This document shows, piece by piece, positions 32,480 through 43,969 of a stretch of DNA of 64,000 bases (position 1 is the stretch's first letter; every line of letters starts with the position of its first letter). Both the position numbers and the translations under genes were made by a program. The notes under the pieces were generated by a model. The model was not told where the DNA came from. It did not search any database and saw only the letters and a list, made by a program, of their open reading frames with translations. Source of the stretch: an uncultured Candidatus Rokubacteria bacterium (GTDB taxonomy: Bacteria > Methylomirabilota > Methylomirabilia > Rokubacteriales > CSP1-6); the NCBI GenBank assembly GCA_963758635.1, contig CAVWWD010000002.1:82724-146723 (forward strand), written 5' to 3'.

Positions 32480-33537
32480 ATGCCTGACGTGCTGTACGTA
32501 GGTCTCCAGGACGGCGACAAGATCTTGACGTTCACGATCGACAGCGGCGCCGGCACGGTGGCCCTCCAGGCCGAGACGCCGGCCGCCGGCGCGCCCTCGG
32601 CCTTCGCAGTGAGCCCGGACCGGCGCGTGCTGTTTGTCGGGTATCGCGGGACCCCGGCGATCGAGAGCTGTCGCATCGACTCGGCCAGCGGCGCGCTGAC
32701 CTCGCTCGGGCGCGTCGCCACCGAGCACCCGCCGACCTATCTGGCCACGGACCGCGCGGGCAAGTACCTCCTGTCGGCCTACTACCAGGGTGGCTATGCT
32801 GCCGTGCACGCGCTCGGAACAGATGGTGCGGTGCGCGGCCCGGCGGTCGACCGGCAGAACACCGCGCCCGGAGCGCACGCGATCCTGACCGACCCGTCGA
32901 ACCGCTTCGCCTTCGTGCCGCACATCGCGCGCCAGAACGACAACGTCCTGGAGCCGCCGAAGAACATCCCCGGCCCCAATTTCATCGCGCAGTTCCGGTT
33001 CGATCCGGCCAGTGGGCGCCTCAGCCCCAACGCGCCGTTCAAGCTCGAGCCTCGCGAGCCCATCGGGCCGCGGCACTATTGCTTTCATCCCACGCTCGAC
33101 GTCGCCTATTTCTCGGACGAGCAGGGGTGCAGCGTCACGGCCTACCGCGTCGATCGCGCCGCGGGAACTCTGTCCGCCATGGAAACGACTCGATCGCTGC
33201 CCGACGGCGTCACCGTGCGCAATACCTGCTCACAGATCCACCTGACGCCGTCGGCCCGGTTCCTCTACGTCGGCAACCGCGGGCACAACAGCATCGCTGG
33301 CTTCGCGGTCGATCGGGCGACGGGGCGCCTGACGCCGGCCGGGCACGCTCCGACCGAGGCGGTCCCCACCGCCTTCGGTCTCGATTCCGGCGGGAGTCTC
33401 CTGTTCGCCGCCGGGACCGCATCCGGGCGGCTCGCCTCGTACCGGGTCAACGGCGAGACCGGCGCGCTGACCCCCTGGAGACCCACACGGTCGGACAGCG
33501 GCCGGCCGCGGTGCTGGCGGTACCCCTCGGGGGCTGA
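32480..33537 (+). CDS. Lactonase family protein (6-phosphogluconolactonase-like; frameshift ~33475)
   Basis: AHAILTDPSNRF, GPRHYCFHP, LYVGNRGHNSIA; GGAGG RBS. Confidence 0.88.
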
Positions 33538-33580
33538 TCTCCTCGCGGCCGCCCGTCACCCGATGGCCACGGAGGGAACC

Positions 33581-34597
33581 ATGCCCACCGGAGATGCCGA
33601 CTGGCTCGCGTTGACCCCGGAACCGACCCTGGAGTCTGAGCTTCCCATCTGTGACGCGCATCATCACCTGTGGGAATTCCGACCCGAGCCGGTGCCCTAT
33701 CAACGGTATCTCCTGGCCGAGCTCGCCGAGGATCTCGGGAGCGGTCACAACGTGCGGGCAACGGTGTTCATCGAGGTCAAGGCGCGATATCGCTCCGATG
33801 GCCCGGAGGACATGCGTCCCGTAGGGGAGGTCGAATTCGTCGAAGGCCTGGCGACGGAGAGCGCCCGTGGTCGGTACGGGCGCACTCGGATGGCCGCCGC
33901 CATCATCGGCTACGCCGACTTGAAGCTGGGCGAACGCGTCGCTCCGGTGCTGGACGCGATGCAGGCCGCCAGCCCTACCCGGTTCCGCGGTGTCCGACAC
34001 TCCGTCGGGTGGGATGCCAGTCCGGACCTGGTGAAACGAGAGATCCAAGGCGTGCTGTCCAGCGAACAGTACCGGGCGGGCGCCCGGGAGTTAGCGCGCC
34101 GAGGGCTGTGCCTGGAGAATTCGCTCTACCATCCCCAGCTGGAGGAGCTGGCCGCGTTCGCCCGAGCGGTGCCCGACCTCACCATCGTCCTGAACCATAT
34201 CGGCGGTCTGGTTCGGATCGGCGCATACGCCAACCGGGATGACGAGGTGTTGCCCGCCTGGAGGCGCGGTATTGCCGCGGTCGCGGCCTGTCCCAACGTG
34301 ATCCTCAAGCTCGGTGGGGTCGGCCAGCGCCGGTTCGGCTTCGACTGGCATGCGCGCGCCAAGCCCATAGACTCGGAAGAGTTGGCCGCCGCGCTGGCCC
34401 CGTTGATGCACTACTGCATCGAGCAGTTCGGCCCCCGCCGTTGCATGTTCGAGAGCAACTTCCCCGTGGACAAGGTGTCCTACTCCTACAACGTCCTGTA
34501 CAACGCCTTCAAGCGGCTGTCCCAGGGCTACTCACCCGCGGAGCGCGCGGCCTTGTTCCACGACACCGCGGCCCGCGTCTATCGACTCGCCGTCTGA
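33581..34597 (+). CDS. Amidohydrolase_2 family protein
   Basis: ICDAHHHLW, RFRGVRH, IVLNHIGG, RCMFESNFPVDK; GGAGG RBS. Confidence 0.9.
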   Translation: MPTGDADWLALTPEPTLESELPICDAHHHLWEFRPEPVPYQRYLLAELAEDLGSGHNVRATVFIEVKARYRSDGPEDMRPVGEVEFVEGLATESARGRYGRTRMAAAIIGYADLKLGERVAPVLDAMQAASPTRFRGVRHSVGWDASPDLVKREIQGVLSSEQYRAGARELARRGLCLENSLYHPQLEELAAFARAVPDLTIVLNHIGGLVRIGAYANRDDEVLPAWRRGIAAVAACPNVILKLGGVGQRRFGFDWHARAKPIDSEELAAALAPLMHYCIEQFGPRRCMFESNFPVDKVSYSYNVLYNAFKRLSQGYSPAERAALFHDTAARVYRLAV

Positions 34598-34832
34598 CCG
34601 AGCGCGGCCGTCACGCGCTCGTCCGTTCCGCCGCCACGCCTGTCATCTCGCTGGTCGAGCGCCGCAGCGGGGACCGGATGGACCGCGTGTACATCGGCGC
34701 GGTCGCGGGCGGCTTCATGATCCGCGCCGAGAACAGCGCCCCGCACGTCTTCCGCTGCCAGTGAGGGACGGCGTCCGCCGGCGAGCGCGGTCGCGCTCGC
34801 CGGCGGACATGAGCGGGGGGCGGAGCGAACGC

Positions 34833-35880
34833 TCAGCTCGGTTTGGTGAGCTTGTTGTAGACCTGCTCGACGTTGGCGTCGATCCGGTCGCGGTACCGCC
34901 CCAGCGGGTGCTTGGACATCGGACTCTCGTATTTGCCGGCCAGGTCCGACGCGATCTTCGTCTTCATGTCGGCGAGCGGCATCTTGTCCGCCGTCCCCTT
35001 CTTCACGGCGCCGACGAGGTCGGTGAGGTAGCCGCGGAAGTACGTCAGGTGGCTCTTCGGCTGCGGATCACCGTGGCCGACAACGACCTGGCTGACATCG
35101 AGCTTCTCGAGCGCGGCGACCGTCGCGATCCAGTCCTCGGGGTAGCCGTCGTTGAAGAAGGGCATCCAGTCGATGACGGCGTCGCCGGTGACGAGCACCT
35201 TCTCCTTGGGCATGTAGATGAACAGGTCGCCGTCGGTGTGGGCGCGGCCCAGGATCATGAGCTGGAAGTCGCGGCCGCCCTCCTTGAGGGTCATGGTGCT
35301 CGACACGCCACGGCTCGCGAGCGGGGGCTTCATCGTCTTGAGCTCGGCGAGGTAGGCCTCGGCCTGGGCGAGGTTCCCCTCGAGCCGGGCCTTGGCGTCG
35401 GCGTTCGACGCCTTCTGGATGTCGGCCTTGATCTTCTCGATGTCGGCCGGCATCGCCGCGATCTGCTTCTCGATGAACGCGATGCCGCCGTTCATCGCGT
35501 TGGGGTCGGCGAGGCGGGCGCGGGTGCGCTCGGACGCGATGACCTCGACGCCGGCGTTGCCCTGGGTATAGGCCTGGTGTGCCCTGGGTATGGTCCCAGT
35601 GGAAGTGCGTATAGATGATCTTCTTCACCGGCTTCTTGGTGACGCCCTGCACGTCCTTGTAGAGCGCCTGAGCGGCCGACGGCTTGGAGTGGGTGTCGAC
35701 GATGACGAGGCCGTCGTTGGTCTCGATCACCGCCGCGTTGGAGTTGACCTTGTACCGCGGGCCCGCGACCGCGGCCCACACCCCGTCGCCGACCTTCTTG
35801 AGCTCGAACGATTCGCTCCCGGCGGTCTGCGCGTGGGCGCTCGAGCCGCAGCAGAGCTCGTGGGGATCCAGCTGTACACC
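34833..35880 (-). CDS. Metallo-beta-lactamase-fold hydrolase (frameshift ~35575; 5' end uncertain)
   Basis: THFHWDH, AHTDGD, TGD, VVGHG. Confidence 0.8.
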
Positions 35881-36102
35881 CTGCCCGACTCCCCCGCCAC
35901 CCCCCTCCGTCGGGCCTCGTCGCCCGTGCAACGGGTGAGCCGCAGCGCCCCGCGCCCCGAGGATGCGCCCTGGGCGCCCCTTCGCTCCCCGCGGGCGCCT
36001 CGCCCGCGGGACGTGCCGATCGTCCTCCCCGGATCGCGGCTCTGTCAAGAAACACCCAGGCGATCTTGTTGCCCGTCGCACGCAGGCGGTAGACTCGCGA
36101 GC

Positions 36103-38019
36103 GTGGTGCTCGGCTCCGACGATGGGCGTGCCGACGAGCAGCTCCCGCCGCTCCAGCAAGAGATCCGCGCGCGCTGCCGGCATCCGACGGGCGCGTGGGA
36201 ACCCTTCGACTGGCAGGGCGGAGAGGTCTCCGTGCCCGCACGACTCGCCGCCGTCGCCGCCCGCCATCCCGATCGCGTCGCCGTCCTGGAGCCGGCGCGC
36301 TCGCTGACCTATTCGGAGCTCGAGACCCTGACCGCGCGGGTCGCAGGCGCCATCCTGACGGGGGGCGCGTCCGCCTCCGGCGCGGTGGCCATCTTTGCTG
36401 GCGTGGACGCGCATGCCGTCGTCGCGATGCTGGGCGTTGTCCGGACGGGGCGGCTCTACGTGGCGCCGGATCGCTCGTTGCCGTTGCCGGCGCAGCGGCG
36501 CGTTCTGGACGACGCCGGCGTCGAGCTGATCCTGTCCGACGCGCCCCATCTCGGCGCGGCGAAGGACCTGGCCGGCGGCCACCGGCGGGTGCTCGCCCTC
36601 GAAGACATCGAGGACACGGGCGTCGAGGCGATCGGCCAGGGCGTGGCCCCCGAGACACCGGCCACGGTCATCTACACGTCCGGCACCACCGGGAGACCTC
36701 GCGGCGTGGTGCACACGCATCGCACCTTGCTCGGCGAGGCAGGGATCGCCGCGAATGCCCAGCACTTCAGCTCCGCGGACCGCGTCGCCTGCGTGTCGTC
36801 GGTGAGCTGGCTGGCCACCACCTGGTGGCTCCTCGGACCGCTCGCGGCCGGCTCGTGCGTGTGTCCCTTCGACGTGACGGCGCACGGGATCGATCGGTTC
36901 GCGGCATGGATCCGGTCGGCGCGGATGACCATCCTCAACAACCGCACCGTCGTCCGCCAGCTCCTGCAGAGCGAAGGGGCCGGCACGTTCCCGGACGTGC
37001 GCGCCGTGAACATGGGCGGCGACACGATCTATCGCCGCGAGGTCGAGGCGTGCCGCCGCGCCTTTCCCAGCGCCACGGTGATCACCGGACTCGCCACCTC
37101 CGAGGCGGGGCGCGTGACCTATCTCTTCCTCGACCAAGCCAGCCCGCTACCGGACGCCGTCGTGCCCCTCGGGTATCCGGTGCCCGGCAAGCGTGTCCGG
37201 ATCCTCGGCGAGGACGGTCGAGATGCCGAGCCGGGCGAGGCTGGCGAGATCGGCATCCAGAGCCGGCACCTCGCGGCGGGCTACTGGCGTCAGCCCGAGC
37301 TGACCGCCGCCCGTCTCGCGCTCACGGGCCCCGGCGGTGAGCGGCTCAGCCTCACCGGAGACATGGGACGTCGCCTGGCCGACGGGTGCATCGTGCATCT
37401 CGGCCGGACCGACTACCAGGTCAAGGTCCGCGGCTACCAGGTGCCCATCAACGCCGTCGAGGCCGCGCTCCTCGAGGTCGATGGGATACGCGAAGCCGTC
37501 GTCGTCGCCCTCGGCAGCGGCGCCGACGAGCGGCGCCTGGTCGCCTACGTGGCGCCGCGCCCGCCGGCGGCGCCCGGGCCGGAGGGGCTCCGGCAGGCCC
37601 TCTCCGGGTTGCCCGCCCACATGGTCCCGAAGATCTTCGTCTCTCTCGACACTCTGCCCCGCACCGCCTCCGGCAAGGTCGCGCGGGACGCCCTGCCGCC
37701 GCCGGCCCGGTCTCGGCCCGACCTCGAGACGCCCTACGCGCAGCCGCGCGACGAGCTGGAGCGATGGCTCGCGGACCTCTGGGCGTCGGTGCTCGATCTC
37801 GACGAAGTCGGCATCGACGATCGATTCCTCGACCTGGGCGGGGACTCCCTCGGCGCCATGCGCATCGCCTCGCTGGTGCTGGCCACGCTGCGCATGGACC
37901 TCTCGCCGGCCGAGGTCCTGGACGCGGCCACGGTGGCGGAGATGGCCTCCGCGGCGCGTGACCACCTCAGCAGACAAGACAGCGGCCGCGCCGATAGCGA
38001 GGTCAGCGAGCCAGGCTAG
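36103..38019 (+). CDS. Standalone adenylation-PCP didomain (paralog of 11542-13455)
   Basis: YTSGTTGRPRG, TGDMG, QVKVRG, LPRTASGKV, PCP FLDLGGDSL; TAGACT -10 seven nt before the GTG. Confidence 0.88.
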   Translation: MVLGSDDGRADEQLPPLQQEIRARCRHPTGAWEPFDWQGGEVSVPARLAAVAARHPDRVAVLEPARSLTYSELETLTARVAGAILTGGASASGAVAIFAGVDAHAVVAMLGVVRTGRLYVAPDRSLPLPAQRRVLDDAGVELILSDAPHLGAAKDLAGGHRRVLALEDIEDTGVEAIGQGVAPETPATVIYTSGTTGRPRGVVHTHRTLLGEAGIAANAQHFSSADRVACVSSVSWLATTWWLLGPLAAGSCVCPFDVTAHGIDRFAAWIRSARMTILNNRTVVRQLLQSEGAGTFPDVRAVNMGGDTIYRREVEACRRAFPSATVITGLATSEAGRVTYLFLDQASPLPDAVVPLGYPVPGKRVRILGEDGRDAEPGEAGEIGIQSRHLAAGYWRQPELTAARLALTGPGGERLSLTGDMGRRLADGCIVHLGRTDYQVKVRGYQVPINAVEAALLEVDGIREAVVVALGSGADERRLVAYVAPRPPAAPGPEGLRQALSGLPAHMVPKIFVSLDTLPRTASGKVARDALPPPARSRPDLETPYAQPRDELERWLADLWASVLDLDEVGIDDRFLDLGGDSLGAMRIASLVLATLRMDLSPAEVLDAATVAEMASAARDHLSRQDSGRADSEVSEPG

Positions 38020-38430
38020 AACCGCTGTACGGGCCGGGGCCTATGGTTTACTCTATGCGCTGCTTCAGAGGACCGAGCCCACCGGCTTGACGCCCACACC
38101 AACGAAAATTTACGGCGCATCACAGCCTGTGCTAGCGCGACTGTGTGAATGGGCGCGATCCCGAGCGTTGGGATCGCTCGGGCTTTGCTTCGTGCTGCTG
38201 CTCGCGGGCCCCGGTCAGCTCGCCGCGCAGGACAGTACCTCGCGACTCATGCCCGCGTCCGCCGCCGATGATCGGCTGGCGCCGAGCGAGACCGCGTCAT
38301 CGATCCGACCGCATCCGGTCTATCGCCTGTTGCCGGACGAGCCGGCGATCACGACCCCTGGATCGCCTCCGCACAGCTCGGAACGGAGCCGCCGCTGACG
38401 CTCGGGCTGGATCCCCAGCGGCCAGGCAGG

Positions 38431-39402
38431 ATGCCGTTCGGGCCCGCCGACGGCCTGTCCGTGTGGCCCACCGAACCGGCTCCCTGGCGCGCCGCCTGCC
38501 CGACGGACCAGCCGCTGTCGGACAATTCGAGCGCGTGCGACCGGCGCATGGCGTCCGCGGCTCTCACCATGGACGCCTCTGCACAGCTCGAGGAGGCGGA
38601 GCCCGAGCTCCCGCGATGGGAATTCCTGGAGCGGCACCGACGACTGCTCTCGATACTCCTTCCGATCACGACGGTGGCGCTTGTGTCGGTGGACGCGCTC
38701 CTTCCGTATGAAAAGCGCAGTTTCTGGGTCGACTACGAGGGCTGGTTCGGTAAGAACACGGACAACGGCGGCGCCGACAAGGCCTCCCACCTCGCCGACT
38801 ACTTCATCATCGCCGGCCTGTACGAGGACATCTACAGGATGATGGGGTATTCGGAGAAGGAGGCGATCCTGTGGGGCTTCGGCGTGGCGGTCGCCGTGGG
38901 GCTCGCGACCGAGGTGAACAACGGGTTCTCGAAGGAATACGGCTTCTCCTGGGAAGATCTGACGATGGACGTGGCCGGCGCCACCGTTTCGAGCGTGCTC
39001 TCGCTGACGCGCACCCGGGACCTCTTCGGACTGCGAACGTCCCACCTCCCCTACGATACCTACAGTCACGACGTGTACTCGGCCGATTTCAAGCTCTCGG
39101 GGCTCGGCAAGCGTCTGGGAATCAACCTCGGGCCTCTGCGCTGGCTGCTGTTCTCGGTCACCTACGGCGTCAAGGGTTACCGGGACTCACCGCCGATCAC
39201 GCAGCAACGCCAGCTCGGCTTCGAGATCGGCCTCAACGTCCAGCAGATCCTGAACGACCTCGGAGTGAGAAAGAGCACCTGGTGGGGCTACGCGCTTCAT
39301 CTCATCGGCGACAATATCCGGTTCCCGTTCACCGCGGTCGGGATGCGCGTGGACCTGAACAGCGGCAAGTGGCACGGGCCGAATAGCGGCAACTACGACT
39401 AA
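38431..39402 (+). CDS. YfiM/DUF2279-like membrane or exported protein (N-terminus may extend to ~38128 across a frameshift)
   Basis: GGADKASH, E..NGFS..YGFSWEDLTMD..GA. Confidence 0.65.
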   Translation: MPFGPADGLSVWPTEPAPWRAACPTDQPLSDNSSACDRRMASAALTMDASAQLEEAEPELPRWEFLERHRRLLSILLPITTVALVSVDALLPYEKRSFWVDYEGWFGKNTDNGGADKASHLADYFIIAGLYEDIYRMMGYSEKEAILWGFGVAVAVGLATEVNNGFSKEYGFSWEDLTMDVAGATVSSVLSLTRTRDLFGLRTSHLPYDTYSHDVYSADFKLSGLGKRLGINLGPLRWLLFSVTYGVKGYRDSPPITQQRQLGFEIGLNVQQILNDLGVRKSTWWGYALHLIGDNIRFPFTAVGMRVDLNSGKWHGPNSGNYD

Positions 39403-39490
39403 GCGTACTGCACCGATCGCCGGGCCGGGCAACGCCGCTCGGCCCGCGGCGCGTGAGCCCCCAGCGAACCGCCCGGAGAAGAGCGAGGTC

Positions 39491-41020
39491 ATGAGGAAAG
39501 CGTCCCCGATCCTTCTGCTGGTCGTCCTGCTCGCCGCGGCCATCCCGGCCGCAACCACGTGGCGGCCAGAGCCCGTGCGCGCCGCCGGCAACACGCTGAC
39601 GGTGGCGTTCAGCACGGACATCGTCACGCTGGATCCCCACCAGAACACCGACCTCAACACCATGCAGGTGCTGCTGCAGATCTACGAGCACCTGGTCGCC
39701 CTCGGCCGCGACGGGAAGTTCCACGGGGTGCTCGCGGAGTCGTGGGAGGTGGTGGACGATCGCACGTGGAGGTTCAAGCTCCGCCGCGGCGTCCGGTTCC
39801 ACAATGGCGAGGAGCTGACCGCCGACGCCGTCAAGTTCACGCTCGACCGCCTCGCGGACACCAAGGAGCAGATGCGGGCGGGCCCGAGCTTCCGGCAGAA
39901 CCTCGCCGAGGTCGTGGTCCAGGACCCGCTCACCGTGCTGATCAAGACCAAGGCGCCGTATCCCGACCTGCCCGCGCTGCTGCACCTGAGCGGCGGCATC
40001 ATCCCGCCGAAGTACTTCCAGTCGGTCGGCAAGGAGCGGTTCGCACGCGAGCCGAACGGCACCGGCCCGTATCGCTTCGGCTCCTGGAAGCGCAACGTCC
40101 AGGTGACGCTCCAGGCGAACGACCGGTACTGGGGCGGCAAGCCCGCCTTCGCCGAGTTCGTGTACCGGCCGCTCCCCGAGGCCACCGCGCGGGTGGCCGC
40201 GCTCGTCAAGGGAGAGGTGGATCTGGCCGCGGACATCCCCGCCGAGCGCGTGAAGGAGCTCGAGTCCGGGCGCAACACCCGCGTCGTGAGCCGGACGGGC
40301 CAGCAGATCTACATCGGGCTGGACACGCTCAAGGTGGAGCCCCTCAAGGACCGGCGCGTACGCCAGGCTCTGAACCACGCCGTCGACGTGGACGCCATCG
40401 TGCGCGACGTGCTGGGCGGCCAGGCCGTCCGCCTCAGCGGCCCGTTCTTCCCCGGGATGATCGGCTACGATTCGACGATCAAGCCATTCGCGTACGACCC
40501 GGACCGCGCGAAGCGCCTCCTGGCCGAGGCGGGCTACGCGAGCGGCTTCAGCGCGACCCTGGACGTGCCCGTCGGCTACCAGGGCGCGATGAAGCTCAAG
40601 GACGTGGGCGAGACGGTGGCGAGCTATCTCGGCAAGGTCGGGGTCAACGTGAAGCTGAACTTGATCGAGCCGGCCGCGGCCACCGAGCGCTACCAGGCCA
40701 AGCAGTTCCAGATGTACTTCTACGCGTGGGGCGGCGACCTCGTCTCCGGACGCATCCTCGAGATCCTCCTGCACTCGAAGCTGCGCGGCTACTACTACCA
40801 GAGCCCGGAGGCCGACGCGGCGATCGCCGCCTACCAGTCGGCGATGAACCCGCGGCGGCGCGAGGAGCTCGGCCGCGCCGCGCACCGGTTCCTCCACGAC
40901 GACGCGCCGTTCATCTTCCTCTACCAGGAGAAGGCCACCCTCGGGCTCGCGAAGAGCCTCGGGTGGGATCCGGTGCTCTCCGACCAGCGGCTGCGTTCCA
41001 TGGAGTTCAGGTCCCAGTAA
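39491..41020 (+). CDS. Peptide/nickel ABC substrate-binding protein (family 5)
   Basis: Signal peptide, LAESWE, LRRGVRFHNGE, GTGPY, VRQALNHAVD. Confidence 0.95.
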   Translation: MRKASPILLLVVLLAAAIPAATTWRPEPVRAAGNTLTVAFSTDIVTLDPHQNTDLNTMQVLLQIYEHLVALGRDGKFHGVLAESWEVVDDRTWRFKLRRGVRFHNGEELTADAVKFTLDRLADTKEQMRAGPSFRQNLAEVVVQDPLTVLIKTKAPYPDLPALLHLSGGIIPPKYFQSVGKERFAREPNGTGPYRFGSWKRNVQVTLQANDRYWGGKPAFAEFVYRPLPEATARVAALVKGEVDLAADIPAERVKELESGRNTRVVSRTGQQIYIGLDTLKVEPLKDRRVRQALNHAVDVDAIVRDVLGGQAVRLSGPFFPGMIGYDSTIKPFAYDPDRAKRLLAEAGYASGFSATLDVPVGYQGAMKLKDVGETVASYLGKVGVNVKLNLIEPAAATERYQAKQFQMYFYAWGGDLVSGRILEILLHSKLRGYYYQSPEADAAIAAYQSAMNPRRREELGRAAHRFLHDDAPFIFLYQEKATLGLAKSLGWDPVLSDQRLRSMEFRSQ

Positions 41021-41043
41021 GCCCAGCGCCGGTCGATCGCAGG

Positions 41044-41967
41044 ATGGTGCCCTGGTGGTACATCGGACGGCGCGTGGCGCAGACCGCGCTGGTCCTGGTC
41101 GGCATCACGCTGGTCGTCTTCTGGGTCGTCCGGCTGAGCGGCGACCCCGTGCTCCTGATGCTGCCCGCCGACGCGAGCCAGCAGGACATCCAGCGGCTGC
41201 GCGAGACGCTCGGCTTCGACCAGCCCCTGCACGTGCAGCTCTGGCGCTTCGTGGAGCGCGTGGCGCGGGGCGATTTCGGGACCTCTCTCCGGTTCCAGGA
41301 GCCGGCCCTCCCCCTGGTCCTGGAGCGCCTGCCGAGCACGGCCCTGCTCGCGCTGACCGCGCTGTCGATCTCCACGCTGGTGGCCATTCCCCTCGGGGCC
41401 GTCAGCGCCGCGCGTCGCGGCTCGGCGTGGGATCACGTCGCCATGTTCGCCGCCCTGCTCGGCCAGTCGATGCCGATCTTCTGGACGGGCATCATGCTGA
41501 TCACGATCTTCTCGGTCGCCCTCGACGTGTTCCCCAGCTCGGGCACCGGGACCCTGGCGCACCTGGTCCTCCCCGCCGCCACCCTCGGCTTCTTCTCCAC
41601 CGGACGCGTCACGCGGCTCGTGCGCGCCGGGATGCTGGAGGTCCTCGCCCAGGACTACGTGCGGACGGCGCGCGCCAAGGGGCTCGCCGAGCGGCGCGTG
41701 ATGTACCGTCACGCGCTCCGCAACTCGTTGCTGCCGGTGATCACGATCATCGGCCTCGAGCTCGGCTCGACGCTCGGCGGCGCCGTCGTCACCGAGATGG
41801 TCTTCGCCTGGCCGGGGGTCGGCCGCCTGATCGTGTCCGCGATCTTCGCGCGCGACTACCCATTGGTGCAGGCGGCGGTGTTCGTCGTCGCCACGATGTT
41901 CGTGCTGGTGAACCTCGTCGTCGACCTCCTGTATGCGATCGTCGACCCCCGTGTGCGCTATGCCTGA
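41044..41967 (+). CDS. Peptide ABC permease (DppB-like)
   Basis: GDFGTS, YVRTARAKGL, HALRN, RDYPLVQ. Confidence 0.95.
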   Translation: MVPWWYIGRRVAQTALVLVGITLVVFWVVRLSGDPVLLMLPADASQQDIQRLRETLGFDQPLHVQLWRFVERVARGDFGTSLRFQEPALPLVLERLPSTALLALTALSISTLVAIPLGAVSAARRGSAWDHVAMFAALLGQSMPIFWTGIMLITIFSVALDVFPSSGTGTLAHLVLPAATLGFFSTGRVTRLVRAGMLEVLAQDYVRTARAKGLAERRVMYRHALRNSLLPVITIIGLELGSTLGGAVVTEMVFAWPGVGRLIVSAIFARDYPLVQAAVFVVATMFVLVNLVVDLLYAIVDPRVRYA

Positions 41968-42853
41968 GCGGCGCGATGGCGCCGCGTCGCCGGGCGCCGC
42001 GCGGGCGACCGGGCTGCGCGGGTCGTTTCGCCGGAACCGCCTGGGCGTGATCGGCGCGGGTGTCCTCCTCGCCGAGGTGGCGGCCGCGCTGCTGGCTCCG
42101 GCCCTCGCGCCCCATCGACCCCTGGACCAGGACACGACGCGGCGCCTCCGGCCCCCGCTCACCGCCTCGGCGGGAGGCGGGCGCTTCCTGCTCGGCACCG
42201 ACCAGCTCGGCCGCGACGTCCTGAGCCGCATCCTGTTCGGCGCGCGCGTCTCGCTCCTGATCGGCGTCTGCGCGGTGGCCATCGCGGCGCCGCTCGGCGT
42301 CGCCGTCGGCGTGGTGGCGAGCTACCACGGCCGGCTCCTCGACGACGCGGTGATGCGCGTCGCCGACATCCAGCTCGCGTTCCCGTTCATCCTGCTCGCG
42401 GTCACGATGGTCGCGGTGCTCGGACCGAGCGTGGCGAACCTGATCGTCGTCCTGGGCGTCGCGGGCTGGGTGCCGTACGCCCGGCTCGCGCGGAGCGAGG
42501 TGCTCGCGCTCAAGCGGCGGGAGTTCGTCGAGGCGGCGCGCGCGCTCGGAGCCGGCGACCCCCGGATCATGGCCCGCCACATCCTGCCCAACGTGGTGAC
42601 GCCGGTCATCGTGGTGGGCACCTTCGCGCTCGCCAACACGATCCTGGTCGAGTCGTCCCTGAGCTTTCTCGGTCTGGGCGTCCAGCCGCCCCACCCGACC
42701 TGGGGCGGCATGCTCAGCGACAGCCGCGAGTACGTGACGCAGGCGTGGTGGCTCTGGGTCTTCCCCGGAGGCGCGATCCTGGCGACGGTGCTCGCGACCA
42801 ACTTCGTGGGCGACTGGCTCCGGGACGCGCTCGACCCGCGCGCGACGTGGTGA
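41960..42853 (+). CDS. Peptide ABC permease (DppC-like)
   Basis: LGTDQLGRD, EAARALGA, HILPN, LSFLGLG, GDWLRDALDP. Confidence 0.95.
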   Translation: MPERRDGAASPGAARATGLRGSFRRNRLGVIGAGVLLAEVAAALLAPALAPHRPLDQDTTRRLRPPLTASAGGGRFLLGTDQLGRDVLSRILFGARVSLLIGVCAVAIAAPLGVAVGVVASYHGRLLDDAVMRVADIQLAFPFILLAVTMVAVLGPSVANLIVVLGVAGWVPYARLARSEVLALKRREFVEAARALGAGDPRIMARHILPNVVTPVIVVGTFALANTILVESSLSFLGLGVQPPHPTWGGMLSDSREYVTQAWWLWVFPGGAILATVLATNFVGDWLRDALDPRATW

Positions 42854-42938
42854 GCGGCCTGGCCCGCACGGGCGCTCGCGCGATGACGTGGGCGCACATG
42901 ACCACGCGTGCGCACACGACGACACACGAGGAGAGGCA

Positions 42939-43883
42939 ATGACCGACACACCGCGATGGGCGTGGCTCGACGGCGAGTTCGTCCCCTGGAGCGAGGCGAA
43001 GCTCCACGTTCGCACCGAGTGCGTGATGCGCGGCGCCAACGTGTTCGAGGGCGTTCGCGGCTACTGGGACGACAGCGCGGCCGAGCTGCGGGTCCTGCAG
43101 CTCGACGAGCACCTGGATCGGCTGCATCGCTCGATGAAGGTCCTGCGGCTCGCGGTGCCCTACAGCCGCCGGGACCTCCGCGCGATCTCGCTCGAGCTCC
43201 TCCGTCGGAACGAGTTCCGCGAGGACGTGCACCTGCGCCCCACCGTCTACTTCGGCGAGGGTGACGGCTTCGCCCACACGCCAGAGACGATCCACATGGG
43301 CGCGTTCATCACCGCCACCGCCCAGCGGGCCCGGCGCAACACCACGGGCATCGCCTGCGCGGTCAGCTCGTGGCAGCGCATCTCGGACCGCGACGTGCCG
43401 CCCCGGGTGAAGGCCGCCGGCAACTACATCAACGCGCGCCTCGCCATCGTGCAGGCGCGCGTGGACGGCTACGACAACGCGATCCTCCTGAACGCCGAGG
43501 GTAAGGTGACGGAGGCGCCGGCGGCGTGCCTGTTCCTGATCCGCGACGGCGTGGCGGTCACCCCGACGGTGACCAGCGGCATCCTCGACAGCCTCACCCG
43601 CTCCTCGCTGCTCCGCCTCTTCCGCGACGAGCTCGGCGTGGCGGTGGAGGAGCGCGAGGTCGATCGCACCGAGCTCTACCACGCCGACGAGGTCTTCCTC
43701 TGCGGCACCCACACCGAGGTGCTGCCCGTCGTCTCCGTCGACCGCTATCCGGTGGGGTCGGGCGCGGTCGGCCCGCTCACCGCCACGCTTCGCGATCTCT
43801 TCTTCGACATCGTCCGCGGCCGCGTGCCGAAGTACGGCGCCTGGCTGACCCCGGTGTACGGCCGCATGCCCGCGTCGACGTAG
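42939..43883 (+). CDS. PLP fold-IV aminotransferase (IlvE-like)
   Basis: FEGVRGY, HLDRL, KAAGNYIN, ADEVFLCGT. Confidence 0.9.
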   Translation: MTDTPRWAWLDGEFVPWSEAKLHVRTECVMRGANVFEGVRGYWDDSAAELRVLQLDEHLDRLHRSMKVLRLAVPYSRRDLRAISLELLRRNEFREDVHLRPTVYFGEGDGFAHTPETIHMGAFITATAQRARRNTTGIACAVSSWQRISDRDVPPRVKAAGNYINARLAIVQARVDGYDNAILLNAEGKVTEAPAACLFLIRDGVAVTPTVTSGILDSLTRSSLLRLFRDELGVAVEEREVDRTELYHADEVFLCGTHTEVLPVVSVDRYPVGSGAVGPLTATLRDLFFDIVRGRVPKYGAWLTPVYGRMPAST

Positions 43884-43969
43884 GACGGCGCGCGCCCCGT
43901 GGCGCCCGGTAGCGCGCCCTGCGGAGTAAGATGGTGCGGTCGCCATCAACGCTATCCGGAGGGCCCGCC

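Noticed and set aside
31523..34597. 1024-aa lactonase-amidohydrolase fusion in the ORF track
   Set aside because: An indel near 33475 explains it; the lactonase ends naturally at 33537 in another frame and the amidohydrolase has its own RBS and ATG at 33581
34620..34764. Short reading frame ending ...RVYIGAVAGGFMIRAENSAPHVFRCQ*
   Set aside because: Looks coding and may be another 3' remnant, but no family recognised and no RBS
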